DNA of 64,000 nt from Octopus vulgaris (GCA_951406725.2 OX597820.1:73408001-73472000); one strand, 5' to 3'; counted from the stretch's first letter, positions 1-13,646 are shown. Translations and numbers: made by a program. The notes: a model not told the origin generated them from the letters alone.

Positions 1-72
1 ACCATGCTAGAGATAGCAGTTAAAACTTGACTCTAAAGAGAGTCAAGTTTTGACTGCTATCTCTAGCATGGT
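1..72. repeat. Inverted repeat/hairpin, 34-bp arms, 4-nt loop
   Basis: 1-34 accatgctagagatagcagttaaaacttgactct is the reverse complement of 39-72 with one mismatch; it may extend left of the window. Confidence 0.9.
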
Positions 73-592
73 GGTGGTATCTCTAAGATACCCTTAATTA
101 TAATTATAATAATAATTATTACCTATAAGGTTTTTATTCCCATGCTGGCCACTTGATATGATCCGTATTTTAAATAACGATCTTATCCTTATCTCTCTAT
201 ATAAAATTTATGTATATATATACACGTGTATGTATACATATATGAGTGTGCATATATGTATACATATACATGCGTAATGTGTATATATACAAGTACCCAA
301 ATGAAAATAAACATAGGTGTGTGTGTGTGTGTGTGTAAGTATATAGGCATATATATTTGAATGTATGTAACCATGTATGTTTGTGTAGTGTGTATGTATA
401 TATTGATATATGTATATGTATGTGTGTTTGTATGTATTTGTATGCATCTCTGTATATCGATGTATAATGTGTGGTGTAAGTCTATATAAGAGAGGCGTGC
501 GTAAATGAAATTGTTTACGTTCGTGTATATGTAAAAAAATAATAAAGTATATCTCTCTCGCTCAGTCTCTCACTTGCCTGTCTATCTATCTG

Positions 593-634
<42 letters not shown>

Positions 635-789
635 TTCACAGATATAAATGGCTACATATATAAATAATATGGATGCATACATGCATATGTTGGCTTGTGT
701 CTCTAGACACATAGGTATATTTACAAACACACAGATATACATACATACGTACGACAGACGGTGAGAGAACGGTTTAAATATATTTGCAC

Positions 790-837
<48 letters not shown>

Positions 838-842
838 ATACA

Positions 843-882
<40 letters not shown>

Positions 883-1258
883 ACACACATCCATACACCA
901 CATACACATTGCTTACATGTGCGTTTGTGTCTATAACATTAAATGTACGGCTTAATGTAAAGAGTAAGTATATAGATATATATATATATACACTATATGA
1001 ATGAACTTGTGTGTGTGTGCGTGTGTGTGTGTGTGTGTGAATGTGAATTGAAGCATATTGAAGGTAGAAATCCCGGCGACCAACTGATGCTATCCGGTTT
1101 CGATTTCCACTCAGTAACTCGTCTCTCCGGTTACTGGCTAATGGGTCTGGCGGAGGAACGAGCGTCAAATTATCTCATTTTTCCGTTTTGGAGAAAGTAT
1201 TATAAACAATACACACACACACAAAACACACGCTCGCACGCACATATGTATATGCATG

Positions 1259-1342
1259 TATAGATAACCATACACATCTTAATGTAAACACACACACATA
1301 TATATATGTGTGTTTACATTAAGATATGTATGGTTATCTATA
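1259..1342. repeat. Inverted repeat (~35-bp arms) around a (CA)/(TA) microsatellite
   Basis: tagataaccatacacatcttaatgtaaacacac ... gtgtgtttacattaagatatgtatggttatcta, one mismatch. Confidence 0.85.
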
Positions 1343-1354
1343 TAGATGTATGGT

Positions 1355-1385
<31 letters not shown>

Positions 1386-2179
1386 GCACACACATCTAGA
1401 TGTCTGTGTATATATAATATACATGCACAAACACACACATAAATGTGTGTGTGTGTAGATAGATAGATACATCGATGGGTGGATGGATGGATGGACGACT
1501 ATATATATATATATATATGTGTGTGTGTATGTATGTATGTATGTATGTATGTATGTGTGTGTTCAAATATAAATTTCTATATATAAATATATGTGTGGCT
1601 GTGTGTGTGTGTGTTTCTATATATACATGTTTATGTGGATTCAGATGTTGGCTTACGCGTGTATATGCGTAATATCAGGTCATGTGTACATGTAGACACG
1701 CAGACACACACACTCACACACATGCCCACACATACACCCACACATACACCCACACATACACACATACGCACGCACGCATGCATACACACACTGACAAACT
1801 TATAACTGTGTATGCACATGTCCACGCAATATAAATCGTACGACGTCGAATCAGGCCGGCGTCACTTTAAATTTTCATTTTCCTCTAAATGGTTGAGATT
1901 CGCTGTTGATAAAGGAGAAGAGTGGATAGTCAGGCTATAAGAATGTTAAATCAACTGACACCAGGATTTGAAATCTGATTTACTGAACACACATTCGTAC
2001 ACCTGTAGGTAGTAAAACAAGCGATTGGCCTGCATGTGTATATATATATATATATATCAAACATACATACATACACACTTACATATCTGTGTGTGTGTCT
2101 CTCTTTAGGTATGTATCTGTACACACACACACATACACAGGTATTGCATAGTTTATAAAATTCCTCAGAAAATTAGAAT

Positions 2180-2187
2180 GTATATAT

Positions 2188-2256
<69 letters not shown>

Positions 2257-2261
2257 CATAA

Positions 2262-2309
<48 letters not shown>

Positions 2310-2497
2310 GTACATACATATATATTTATATACATACATACATACATACATACATACATACATACATACATACATACATACATACATACATACATACATA
2401 CATACATACACACATACATACATACATACATAAATACATACATACATACATACATACATACATACATACATACATACATACATACATGCATACATAC
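2180..2497. repeat. Compound (TA)n/(TACA)n microsatellite
   Basis: Directly visible; source of the MYVC/YIYI ORFs. Confidence 0.95.
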
Positions 2498-2619
2498 CTG
2501 GACACACAGATATATAATAGACCCATGCAAATTTCGAGCGTGATTTTATAAGAATCTTTAAAATCACAGGTTGACATAAGGTGACAACAGATTTCGAGTG
2601 TTGTGTAAATGCGTGTGTA

Positions 2620-2681
<62 letters not shown>

Positions 2682-2683
<2 letters not shown>

Positions 2684-3072
2684 CGCCGGAGTGGCTGTGT
2701 GGTAAATAGCTTGCTTACCAACAACCACATGCGTACCACCTTGGGCCAGTGTCTTCTACAACAGCCTCGGGCTGACCAAAGTCGTGTGAGTGGATTTGGT
2801 AGATGGAAACTGGAAGAAGCCTGTCGTATATATATGTGTGTGTGTGTGTCTGTCTGTGCGTTTGTGTGTCTGTGTTTGTCGTCCCACAATCGCTTCACAA
2901 CCGATGTTGGTGTGTTTTACGACCCCGTAACTTAGCGGTTCAGCATAAGAGCCCGATAGAATAACTGCTAGGCTTACAAAGAATAAGTCCTGGGGTCGAT
3001 TTGTTCGACTAAAGGCGGTGCTCCAGCATGGCCGCAATCAAATGACTGAAACAAGTCAAAGAATAAAAGAAT
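2682..3072 (+). mobile_element. tRNA-derived SINE, family B (octopod OK/OR-type), with internal deletion
   Basis: Head ggcgccggagtggctgtgtggtaa, CORE-like accttgggccagtgtctt, internal (TA/TG)n, tail ctccagcatggccgca...ctgaaacaag; more than 15 homologous copies in the window. Confidence 0.85.
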
Positions 3073-3428
3073 ATGCATACATACATACATACATACATAC
3101 ATACATACATACATACATACATACATACATACATACATACATACATACATACATAGACACACTCGTGGTTGTGTATAAAGATGTAAGCACGTGTACGAAT
3201 CAGTGTGCATATATGTACATAAGTATGTATGTATAAGTATTTGTAATTATATATTATTCATAGCTGTGTGTGTGTGTGTGTGCGTGTGTGCTTACGTGCA
3301 TGTGTGAGTGTGTGTGTATTGGTATTATTGATTTTGCTAAGATCACAACTTCTACAAAAAGGACCTGTTTGATTAGGCCGTTAAGGGCGAAACTTGAGGT
3401 CCCAATCAGATCAACATGACCAATAAAG

Positions 3429-3475
<47 letters not shown>

Positions 3476-3477
3476 AA

Positions 3478-3508
<31 letters not shown>

Positions 3509-3659
3509 ATTCAAAAATTAGGGTGAAAAAATTAGATATTAATTTCTAGCACCAGAGTTAACCTATGTAACGTTAACTCTCTTATATTTACGGATTATAT
3601 ATATATTTATTTATTTATATACACACACATATATATACATATATATATGTGTATGTGTG

Positions 3660-3691
<32 letters not shown>

Positions 3692-3779
3692 CGTGTGTAT
3701 AGTCGCATCATTAGAGTATTTTGTTATTCAACAAGTTGATGAATAATACCAAATAATACATGTAAGTTTGTGCCTTTGC

Positions 3780-3827
<48 letters not shown>

Positions 3828-4018
3828 CATTATATATAATCATTATATATATATGTGTGTGTGTGTGTGTATGGATGGATGGGTATATTTAGCATGTCTG
3901 AATAAATATATGTATTTATATTTGCGTATGTATGTATGCAAGTATGTATTAGTGTATGTATTCAAATATGTATGTGCAAGTATGTGTGCATATATCTTCG
4001 TCTATTTATACGTATATG

Positions 4019-4068
<50 letters not shown>

Positions 4069-4449
4069 CACATACGCATAATATGCATACATATGTATTT
4101 TCATATATATTTAATGTGTCTAAATATGTATGTATGTATGTATGTATGTATGTGTGTATGCATGTATTTATGTATGTGTGTATGCATGTATGTATGTGTG
4201 TATGTATGTATGTATGTATGTATGTATGTATGTATGTATGTATGTATGTGTGTATGCATGTATGTATGTGTGTATGTATGCATATGTATGCATTGGTATC
4301 AGTCTGTGTAAGTATGTGTAGTTTTAAGTTCGTCTTTTGTTACTGTCTTACAAATTTCTGATTTACGTAAACCTCTGAATTATTTTTCTTATCGCTACTT
4401 AAATAAGATTTGTGTTTTGTTGCTTTTTTTTTGACAAATAAGGAATTCG

Positions 4450-4613
4450 TCATCATCATCACCACCACCATCATCATTATCACCATCATTATCATTTTCT
4501 TCCTCCACACTCATAATCATCATTATCATCATCGACATCGTCCCACTCATCTATACCCTTGCAGCTAATAGAAGATATCACCTTCATCATCATCATCCTC
4601 CTCATCGTCCTCA

Positions 4614-4660
<47 letters not shown>

Positions 4661-4795
4661 TAAATTCCGCCGAAGTCGACTTCACCTTTCATCCTTTCGG
4701 GGTCGACAAGTTAAGTACCAGTTGAGTACTGGGGTCGATCTGACCGACTCATCTTTTCCCCAAAATGGCTGCTGTTGTGGCAAAATTTGAAACCA

Positions 4796-4829
<34 letters not shown>

Positions 4830-4864
4830 CATTATTATTATTATTATCATTATTATTATTATTA

Positions 4865-4913
<49 letters not shown>

Positions 4914-4950
4914 CATTATTATTATCATTATTATTATTATTATCATTATT
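4450..4950. repeat. (ATC)n/(ATT)n microsatellite with an embedded 5'-truncated SINE-A fragment (4662-4797)
   Basis: Visible trinucleotide repeats; aaattccgccgaagtcgacttcacctttcatcctttcggggtcga. Confidence 0.85.
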
Positions 4951-4952
4951 GA

Positions 4953-5145
4953 GGCGGCGAGTTGGCAGAATCATTAGCGCGCCGGGCAAAATGCTTAGTG
5001 GCACTTCGTAGTCTTTACATTCAAATTACACTGGGGTCGACTTTACCTTTCACTCTTTCCGGGTCGATAAAATTGAGTACCAGCTAATCGACTTAGCCCC
5101 TTCCCCAAAATTACTGGCCTTGTGCTAAAATTTGAAACCATTATT
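4953..5145 (+). mobile_element. tRNA-derived SINE, family A
   Basis: ggcggcgagttggcagaatcattagc head, gtcgactttacctttca..ggggtcgataaa body, ATT tail. Confidence 0.85.
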
Positions 5146-5256
5146 CATATCACGTTGAAAACACCGGTTCTCGTTCGATCACCGAAGTTAATCAACATCG
5201 AGTCTAGTTAGTACATAGATGGGTGACCGCTTGGGAAACCTAGGTGCTGTAAACAT
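5146..5256 (+). pseudogene. 5S rRNA: 5S rRNA pseudogene/dispersed copy lacking the first ~9 nt
   Basis: catatcacgttgaaaacaccggttctcgttcgatcaccgaagttaatcaacatcgagtctagttagtacatagatgggtgaccgcttgggaaacctaggtgctgtaaac matches molluscan 5S rRNA with substitutions in the A and C boxes. Confidence 0.9.
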
Positions 5257-5266
5257 CTTTAATAAG

Positions 5267-5487
5267 GGCGGCGAGCTGGCAGAATTGTTAGTGCGCCGGA
5301 CGAAATGCTTACTAGTATTTCGCCCGTCGCTACGTTCTGAGTTCAAATTCTGCCGTGGTTGACTTTGCCTTTCATCCTTTCGGAGTCGATAAATTAAGTA
5401 TCAGTTGAATGCTGGGGTCGATGTAATCGACAGATCCCCTCCTCCCAAATGGCTGCCCCTGTGGAAAAACTTGAAACCATTATTATT
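5267..5487 (+). mobile_element. SINE family A
   Basis: Full head-body-tail homologous to the other A copies. Confidence 0.85.
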
Positions 5488-5489
5488 GT

Positions 5490-6058
5490 TGTTAACTTGT
5501 GGGGTTATGTCGAACAGCTGGTGTCATGTGTGGGACGGATCCTTCTGTCGGCCGAGTCTGTAGTGATGATTGCACTGTCGCCCTCCTTCAATCGGACAGG
5601 CAAGGCAGTTTTCCTTTGCCTGGTTGGTGGCTGTGGCGAAAGAGGTTGTTTGGTAGACCAGGCTGAAAGGCATAAGGGCAGATATATTCTTCTTTGGTAG
5701 AGCTCTCACTGACTTCTTCAAGTTTCACATATAAAGGAAATTGAGAGTGGAGAGGGAAGTGCTGTCTTGGAGTGAGTTTATTGAAAGGTGAGTGAAAGTT
5801 GCGAAAATGGCAAGAGTGGATGGTACCTCTCTAAGTGTAGACCTGTGAATCGGAGAGGGCCACATCTATCATCCTCCTCGCCACTATTTTTTAAACCTTT
5901 GTATACACTGCATATGTCCCTTCTTTTTCAGTATATACCGTGTATACTTTCTTTCCCTTTTTTTTTATCATTTCATTATATGTAAACCCCAACACTTTAT
6001 GTCTGTGTCTGTATTTGTCCCCCTCATCTTTCGCCCTTGTGTCAAATAAATGAAATCA
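5490..6058 (+). mobile_element. 5'-truncated Tx1/L1-clade LINE: ORF2 C-terminus and 3' UTR (decayed)
   Basis: Frameshifted translation NLWGYVEQLVS...VFLCLV/AVAKEVVW*TRLKG...KLRVEREVLSWSEFIER*V resembles the Tx1 ORF2 end; pyrimidine-rich UTR and aataaa. Confidence 0.65.
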
Positions 6059-6078
6059 TTATTATTATTACCATTGAT

Positions 6079-6492
6079 GGCGGCGAGCTGGCAGAAACGT
6101 TAGCGCGTCGGGCGAAATGCGTAGCCGTATTTCGTCTGCCGTTACGTTCTGAATTCAAATTCCGCCGAGGTCGACTTTACCTTTCATCCTTTCGGGGTCG
6201 ATTAAATAAGTACCAGTTACGCAATGGTAAATAAGTACCAGTCGATGTAATCAACTTAATCCGTTTGTCTGTCCTTGTTTGTCCTCTCTGTGTTTAGCCC
6301 CATGTGGGTAGTAAAGAAATAGGCATTTCGTCTGTCTTTACGTTCTGAGTTTAAATACCGCTGAAGTCGACTTTGTCGTTCATCCTCTCGGAGTCGATAA
6401 ATTAAATACCAGTCAAGTACTGGGGTCGATGTGATCGATTGCTCCCCTCACATCCCCACAAAATCCAGGCCTTGAACCTATAGTAGAAAGGA

Positions 6493-6495
<3 letters not shown>
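6079..6495 (+). mobile_element. Dimeric SINE family A
   Basis: Head plus two body units separated by the ccgtttgtctgtccttgtttg...gtaaagaaatagg linker. Confidence 0.85.
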
Positions 6496-6536
<41 letters not shown>

Positions 6537-7563
6537 GGCAGAATAATTTGTGCGTCGTACAAAATGCTTAGCAGCACTTCTTTCGGCTCCGTTCTAAGTT
6601 CAGATCCCGCGTATCTAAACTGTGCGTATCATCCTGTCGTGATCGATAGAATAAGTCACAGCGTTGTTATCGATTATGTAACCATTTCAACCATTTCAGG
6701 GTTCTTATTGTGTCTTTTTGGCAAGCAATACATTGCTATGGTTTAGCATCGATCATACCTGATCAATCTTGATCGATCAGACCTACAATGATGAAAGACT
6801 TTCTCGCCGTGACCATCCCATCTTCTAAGACAAAGTGTAACTATGGAGACGGCATTACCAAATGTGTCGTTTTCAAGAAAATAGTTAGGTTACGAGCTGA
6901 GGGAGATTTGGCTGAGTGAGAATGAAGGGACACCAACAAATTGTTACATCATATTGTGTGCGTGTGTGTGTTTGTATGTGCATTCATATATATGTATGTA
7001 CGTATATATATATGTATGTACGTATATATATATATATATGTGTGTGTGTGTGAGTGTGTGTGTGTGTGTGTGTGTGCGTGCGTGCGCGCGTATGTATGTA
7101 TGTATACACACATACATAGATATATACATACACATACTTACAAGCATACATGCATACCGATACGCATGCATACATACACACACACATACACGCGCGCATA
7201 AATACTTACAAGTATACTCACATGCATTCATACACACAGACATATGCAATCTTACACACACACATACATACATACATACATACATATACGCAAGCATGCA
7301 CGCACATATATACACGCATACATACACACATTTACATACTGGCATACCTACCTAGACGCATGCATACATAGACGCATACACATGCATGCGAGCATGAACC
7401 CGCGTACCTAAGTATGCATCTATGTGTGTGTATGTATGCATGTATATATTTTGTGTGTGTATGTATGTATGTATGTATGTATGTATGTATGTATGTATGT
7501 ATGTATGCATGTATATATGTATGTATGCATGTATATATGTATGTATGTATGTATGTATCTATG

Positions 7564-7597
<34 letters not shown>

Positions 7598-8044
7598 TGT
7601 ATGTATGTATGTATGTACGTACGTATGTATGTATGTCTGATTGAATGGCCGTGGTTAGGAAGAAGGCTCGCATTTGAATGAAAAATAAGCTGAATAATAA
7701 AGTTTTCAGCCAAAGCAAGATAGACAGAAGAAAATAGAATGCAAAGGGAAAAATAAACGAGTTATTGAAACGAGTTTCATATACCTTTGGGAGCCCTTTA
7801 ATAGTGTTCGGCTGCATTACGTTGATTCCTTTTGGAGAACGTTTTATAAGATGCTAAGAAGGAGAGAATGGGGGACTTTTCATTAGAAATTGCATCATTT
7901 AGTAAGAAAGCGGAGAGTAAGTTTAGATGAAAGTAGAAGAAATGCAAGAGAGAAGAAAAAAAAGAATGAGGTCTGCTTGTAAATGGTTAAAGCTTTGAGA
8001 AATAATATAACACGTTCGTAACAGCAGGGCTTACTATATATAAT

Positions 8045-8095
<51 letters not shown>

Positions 8096-8332
8096 TATAT
8101 ATATATATACACACATATATATATACACACATACATATATATATACAAACACATATATATATACACACATACATATATATATACAAACACATATATATAT
8201 ATATACACATATATATATACACATATATATACACACACACATATATATATACACACACACAAATATATATATATATATATATATATACACGCATATATAT
8301 ATATATACACACACAAACACACACACACACAC

Positions 8333-8384
<52 letters not shown>

Positions 8385-8638
8385 TAGATAGATAGATAGA
8401 TTGCGAGAGCCTAAAGTCAAGTACATTCCACCAGGAACCATCCGCTCTTATTTTCTTTTATTTCAAACACAATATTTAAGGACTTCATAGGCCAACGGTT
8501 TCCAAATTGACAAATGTCAGTACTTTTTACCTCCTCTCATTTTTTATTATTAACAAAACAAAATAAAAGTCTGCATCCATATAATTCTTCATCTTTTGTT
8601 ATATTCTTAGGAAAGTTTTAAAAGTTTTCTATCATCTA

Positions 8639-8825
8639 GGCGCCGGCGCGGCTGCGTGGCAAAATGTTTGCTTCCCAACGACATAGTCCTGGGTTCAATC
8701 TCAATAAGTGGCACCTTGGGCAAATGTCTTCTACTATAGCTTCGGGTCGACCAAAGCCTTATGAGTGGTTTTGGTAAACGGATACTAAGAAACAAGTCGT
8801 ATATATATAAGTATATATAGATATA

Positions 8826-8858
<33 letters not shown>

Positions 8859-9095
8859 ATGTATATATCTATGTATGTGTGTCTTTGTACATGTATTTTC
8901 TTCACTATCACTGCTTGACAACCGGCGTTTGAGTTTTACGTTCGCGTAACTTAGCAGGTGGGCTAAAGGGCCCGATAGAATAAGTAATAGGCAATAAAAA
9001 ATGCCTGGGCTCGATTTGTTTGAGTAAAACCCTTCAAGGTGGTGTTCCAGTATGGCCGCAGTCAAATGACTCAAACCCAGTAAAAGAATAAAAGA

Positions 9096-9096
<1 letters not shown>
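8639..9096 (+). mobile_element. SINE family B (diverged, full length)
   Basis: Head, ggcaccttgggcaaatgtctt, tail ccagtatggccgcagtcaaatgac. Confidence 0.8.
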
Positions 9097-9139
<43 letters not shown>

Positions 9140-9146
<7 letters not shown>

Positions 9147-9419
9147 TTTGTGTCTGTCCACTGCCATCACTTGACAACCGGAGTTGGTGTGATTACGTCC
9201 CCGTAACTTAACCGTTCGGCATAATACACCGATGGAATAAGTACCATGCTTTACACAAAAAAGCAAAAAATATATCATAATAAGTACTTGGATTTGTTCG
9301 TTCAACTAAAGATTCTTCGACGTGGTGCCCCAGCATGACCGCAGTCTAATCACTGAAACAAAAGATAGAGGTTACCTTCTGAGCGAATTTCGCTGGTGCA
9401 AATCGTATAGAAGACCATT

Positions 9420-9469
<50 letters not shown>

Positions 9470-9727
9470 ATGTATGTATGTATGTATGTATGTACGTATG
9501 TACGTATGTACGTATGTATGTATGTATGTATGTATGTATGTATGTATGTGTATTTTATATGTGTGTACATAGACATACGTGTGTGTGTATGTGTATATAT
9601 ATATATACATGTGTGTGTGTATATATATATATGTGTGTTTGTGTGTGTGTGTATACACGTCTGTGATTATAAATATATATATACACACACACACATGTAA
9701 GTATACCAGTGTATATATGTGTGTGTG

Positions 9728-9760
<33 letters not shown>

Positions 9761-9965
9761 ATGAGTGTGTTTGTTCCCTACCATCACTTGAAAACCGGTG
9801 TTGATTTGTTTACATCTCCGTAACTTAGCAGTTCGGCAAAAATTTTTTTTTAAATAGAATAAAACGAAAACACTGGAGTCTAATTCTTTGTCTTAAAACC
9901 CTTCAAACCCAGTGCCTGCAGTATGGCCGCTGTCCTAAAACCGAAACAAGTAAAAGATTAAAGAT
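9140..9965 (+). mobile_element. Two 3'-half SINE-B fragments separated by microsatellites
   Basis: acaaccgg..ccgtaacttaac/agc motifs and ccagcatg/gtatggccgc tails at ~9140-9368 and ~9770-9965. Confidence 0.7.
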
Positions 9966-10462
9966 TAATGATTAAAGATAGCATGATAACAATTCGGCAA
10001 CCGTGTCAATTTTTGTCTGCTACCTTTTTCAAACCTCATAGCTTTTCACCTTTTCTGAAAAAACACTGACATAGTCGAAATCATCGTTTCTTTTCCTAAA
10101 ACGGTAGTGCTCAAACAGCGCACCGCATCGGGTATCTAGGTGCGCCTCGGATTATCTAAAGTTTAATAAGTTGAGACTTTAGAAAATCGATTGTAATGCG
10201 TAAGCGAGTTGAAAAAAAAAATTCTTATTCATAATTTTATTGTACACAAGTATGGATAAAGATGGCGATCGTTGACTTTAGTACATCACTTTTATTTTCT
10301 TCAGTTGATGATAGATATCAAAGTGATGTCTGAAAATCAATGATCGCTGCGAATGATATTTTTCTTTTTTTTCTTTTTTTATAATTTTGTTGGTTAAATT
10401 TTTAACCTTAAGCCGTGATTTTTCAAAACATCCGCAGAAAGTGTACCAGTAGGTAATTTATT

Positions 10463-10493
<31 letters not shown>

Positions 10494-10514
10494 CACTGTA
10501 TATAAAATAGTGTG

Positions 10515-10554
<40 letters not shown>

Positions 10555-10732
10555 TTCGCTTATATATTCAATTACTTTTTCTTTGGTCTGTGGTGGATCA
10601 CGAAGAGCAAAAATAATGAGAACCTTTGAAGCAGAGTGCAAACTAAGGGAGATTTTCGCTGTTCTTCATGAAACCGACAAGGGCCGAGGACCTTTTGTTG
10701 TGCACGCACGCACCCATGCACACACACACATA

Positions 10733-10797
<65 letters not shown>

Positions 10798-11154
10798 GTG
10801 TGCATTTAAACACAAGAGAAAACTACTTTTAACAGGTAATTTTTACACGCTAGAAGAAGCAGTTAAAACAACCAAAACCACATTTGAGAGCACTTTTCGA
10901 AGGGAATGAAAAATAAAACTTTTACCTTGTTATTTCTTGCGGTTATACCTAGGTTTCAAATTACTTTATATATATAAGCCTCTGCTACAATGTTCTCTCC
11001 GGACAGTACAATCTTCTCATACACACATATACATACACACATATACATACATACATACATACATACATACATACATACATACATACATACATACATACAT
11101 ACATACATACATACATACATACGTACGTACATACATACATACATACATACATAC

Positions 11155-11242
11155 ACAAAGGAGAAAGCTAATTCGAAGACTACAGATCCAATCCATCACT
11201 GGAACTGTAAAAATCCGTAAAACTTTCCACAAATTTAGCATT

Positions 11243-11306
<64 letters not shown>

Positions 11307-11528
11307 CATGTCTAGGTGTGCAACTATATGCATGCGAATACATACATAAAACATACAAATCTGCACATACATACATACATACATACATACATACATACAT
11401 ACATACATACATACATAAAAAACACCCTGTAGTTGATGTTGAAATTCCAATGAAGGAACTTTGAATCTAGGTTAGAAACCGGTTCTTTCTCTATTGGCAA
11501 GAAATGTTGAAATAAACGGAATAATGTC
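11155..11528 (+). mobile_element. 3' end of an RLE-type (R4/Dong-like) non-LTR retrotransposon, copy 1
   Basis: Encodes RRKLIRRLQIQSITGTVKIRKTFHKFSI* followed by a UTR; homologous to 28161 and 47014; flanked by (TACA)n. Confidence 0.7.
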
Positions 11529-11904
11529 ATACATACCTACCTACCTACATACATGCATATATATGCACGCAATCAAGTTTAGTGCTCCATTTCTGACACT
11601 GTATATTTCGTGTTATATTATATTGCTTTGTGTCTTATCTTAAGACAGTAGGGTGCGATTCGAGGGAGTTTTGGCTGCTGTCACTAGCATCCCGATAAAA
11701 CAACATCGAGGCTCTTTCGTTGGTTTGTCTCTCTATTATGTCGATTATTTATATATGTATGTGTGTGTACGTGTGTGTGCGTATCAGTTTGCCAGAGTAT
11801 GTGTAAACACTCACACAAATACATTGACATGCATATAAAACAGGAGCTTAAATAAACGTAAGGAGCGGAGTATTATATAAGAATTATATTATTTGTCCGC
11901 AAAA

Positions 11905-12280
11905 GCGGCGAGCTGGTAGAAACGTTAGCACACCGGGCGAAATGCTTAGCAGAATTTCGTCTGTCGCTACGTTCTTTGGTCGACTTTGCCTTTCATCCTT
12001 TCGGGGGTCGATTAAATAAGTACCAGTTACGCACTGGCGTCGATGACTTAATCCGTTTGTCTGTCCTTGTTTGTCCTCTCTGCGTTTAGCCCCTTGTGGG
12101 TAGTAAAGAAATAGGTATTTCGTATGTCTTTACGTTCTGAGTGCAAATTCCGCCGAGGTCGACTTTACCTTTCATCCTTTCGGGGTCGATAAATTAAGTA
12201 CCAGTTGTGTACTGGGGTCGATCCAATCGACTGGCCCCTCTCCCAAAATTTCGGGTCTTGTGCCTAGAGTAGAAAGGATT
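11905..12280 (+). mobile_element. Dimeric SINE family A
   Basis: Same architecture as 6079-6495. Confidence 0.85.
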
Positions 12281-12439
12281 ATGTTGTCCGTAAATGATAG
12301 CACATCGTTGAACAAATGATTAATAAGATCTACTCAAGTTGGTATTCTTTGAATTTTTATTCCTCTTGGCCGCTAGTCCTCAGTGTCCCAGAATTCGTTG
12401 GGCGCAGGGGAATAGCAGGCAAAGATACAGATATCATTC

Positions 12440-13450
12440 GTCATCAGTACAGGGTCAATGGGTTGTGCTAAAATATGCGGTCTTGTTGGCTTCTATACCC
12501 GAGAAATATCTAGAAAGAAAATTACCACAATAAATACTAACATCAAGAGAGATAATAGATTGGCTGTACTGCAATGTGGCATTGTTAATACCTTAAAAAT
12601 TTATGGACTAAAAATAACTATCACCAGTAACATTAACATCATAACTTTATAAGGTGTTGTCTTGATGCTAACTACATCTAAGTGTATACCTTATGCAAAC
12701 CCAATGGGAAATTCACGTTAATATAGACTTTTGACATTCACTCATAGTTTTCAAAAACTTGATCAACAATATTAGTGGCAGAATCTTCAACACTGGTCTG
12801 AAAATAAAAAAATATATTTGATAAGGTGGTTTTCAAATACAATAAATTATTAGAAACCGTTGGATTCAAAGATAACATTACATATAACCCAAATTCCCAG
12901 CATCCAAACCAAGGAAAAACCACCGCTACATCATCTGTTTCATAACTCCTCTTCCCGGAAATGTTTGTCTAATATAAGGAAAAATTTCATCTTAAATAGA
13001 TAAAAGTTCGCTGGCAGCCACTGTCATAGAAAATTATTCAATAGGAACAATCTTAAACTGAAGTACAGCTGTAGTTCTACTGTGAAAAAACATTATAACA
13101 TGTAAACCAAATAAGTTAACTAAGGTTATCTACACGAATAGTACCACAAATGTATGTCCCCTTCTTATATTATGTAACGCCGAAGCAGTTATTTATGAAG
13201 CAGAAGTCATTTCCTCCTAACAAATCTTAACATCGTGCATATACACCGTCTGTATGATACACGGGAAATATGAACGAAGATGTTTTAATAATACTTCTTC
13301 CTTCAGAAATATGGAAAGCAGGTGTACAGCTAAACAATCCAATCAAATCCACCGGAACGTCGAAAGAATATGCTACACATTTTAGTATATGGAGAAATAA
13401 CTAAGTGCAGTTACATCAATATGCAATATATTATGCTTGTGAGAACTTTT
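12440..13450 (+). mobile_element. Decayed Penelope-like element (RT C-terminal half, linker, GIY-YIG remnant)
   Basis: CAKICGLVG...KRDNRLAVL (cf. GAEICxLVG...YRDDGLA), YGLKITI, LFNRNNLKLKYSC, CPL..C..EAVIYEAEV; many stops and frameshifts. Confidence 0.75.
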
Positions 13451-13629
13451 AACCTAGACAGCATTACCGAAAATCCCACATACTACGAACGGTTATTCAG
13501 CGGATATTTCAATAACAAGTTGACGTTAGTTGTTAAGATAATTGCTTAGCGTTTGCTGGGTAAGGAATTTGAAGTTACGGTGTGTCGCTATTAACAGATT
13601 ATGTGAGTGAGTGTGTGTGTGTGTGTGTG

Positions 13630-13646
13630 TATTATATACATATTCT

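Noticed and set aside
11445-11490. Hammerhead reading of ccaatga...gaaaccggtt
   Set aside because: Two core mismatches and no stem I; better explained as a LINE 3' UTR stem-loop
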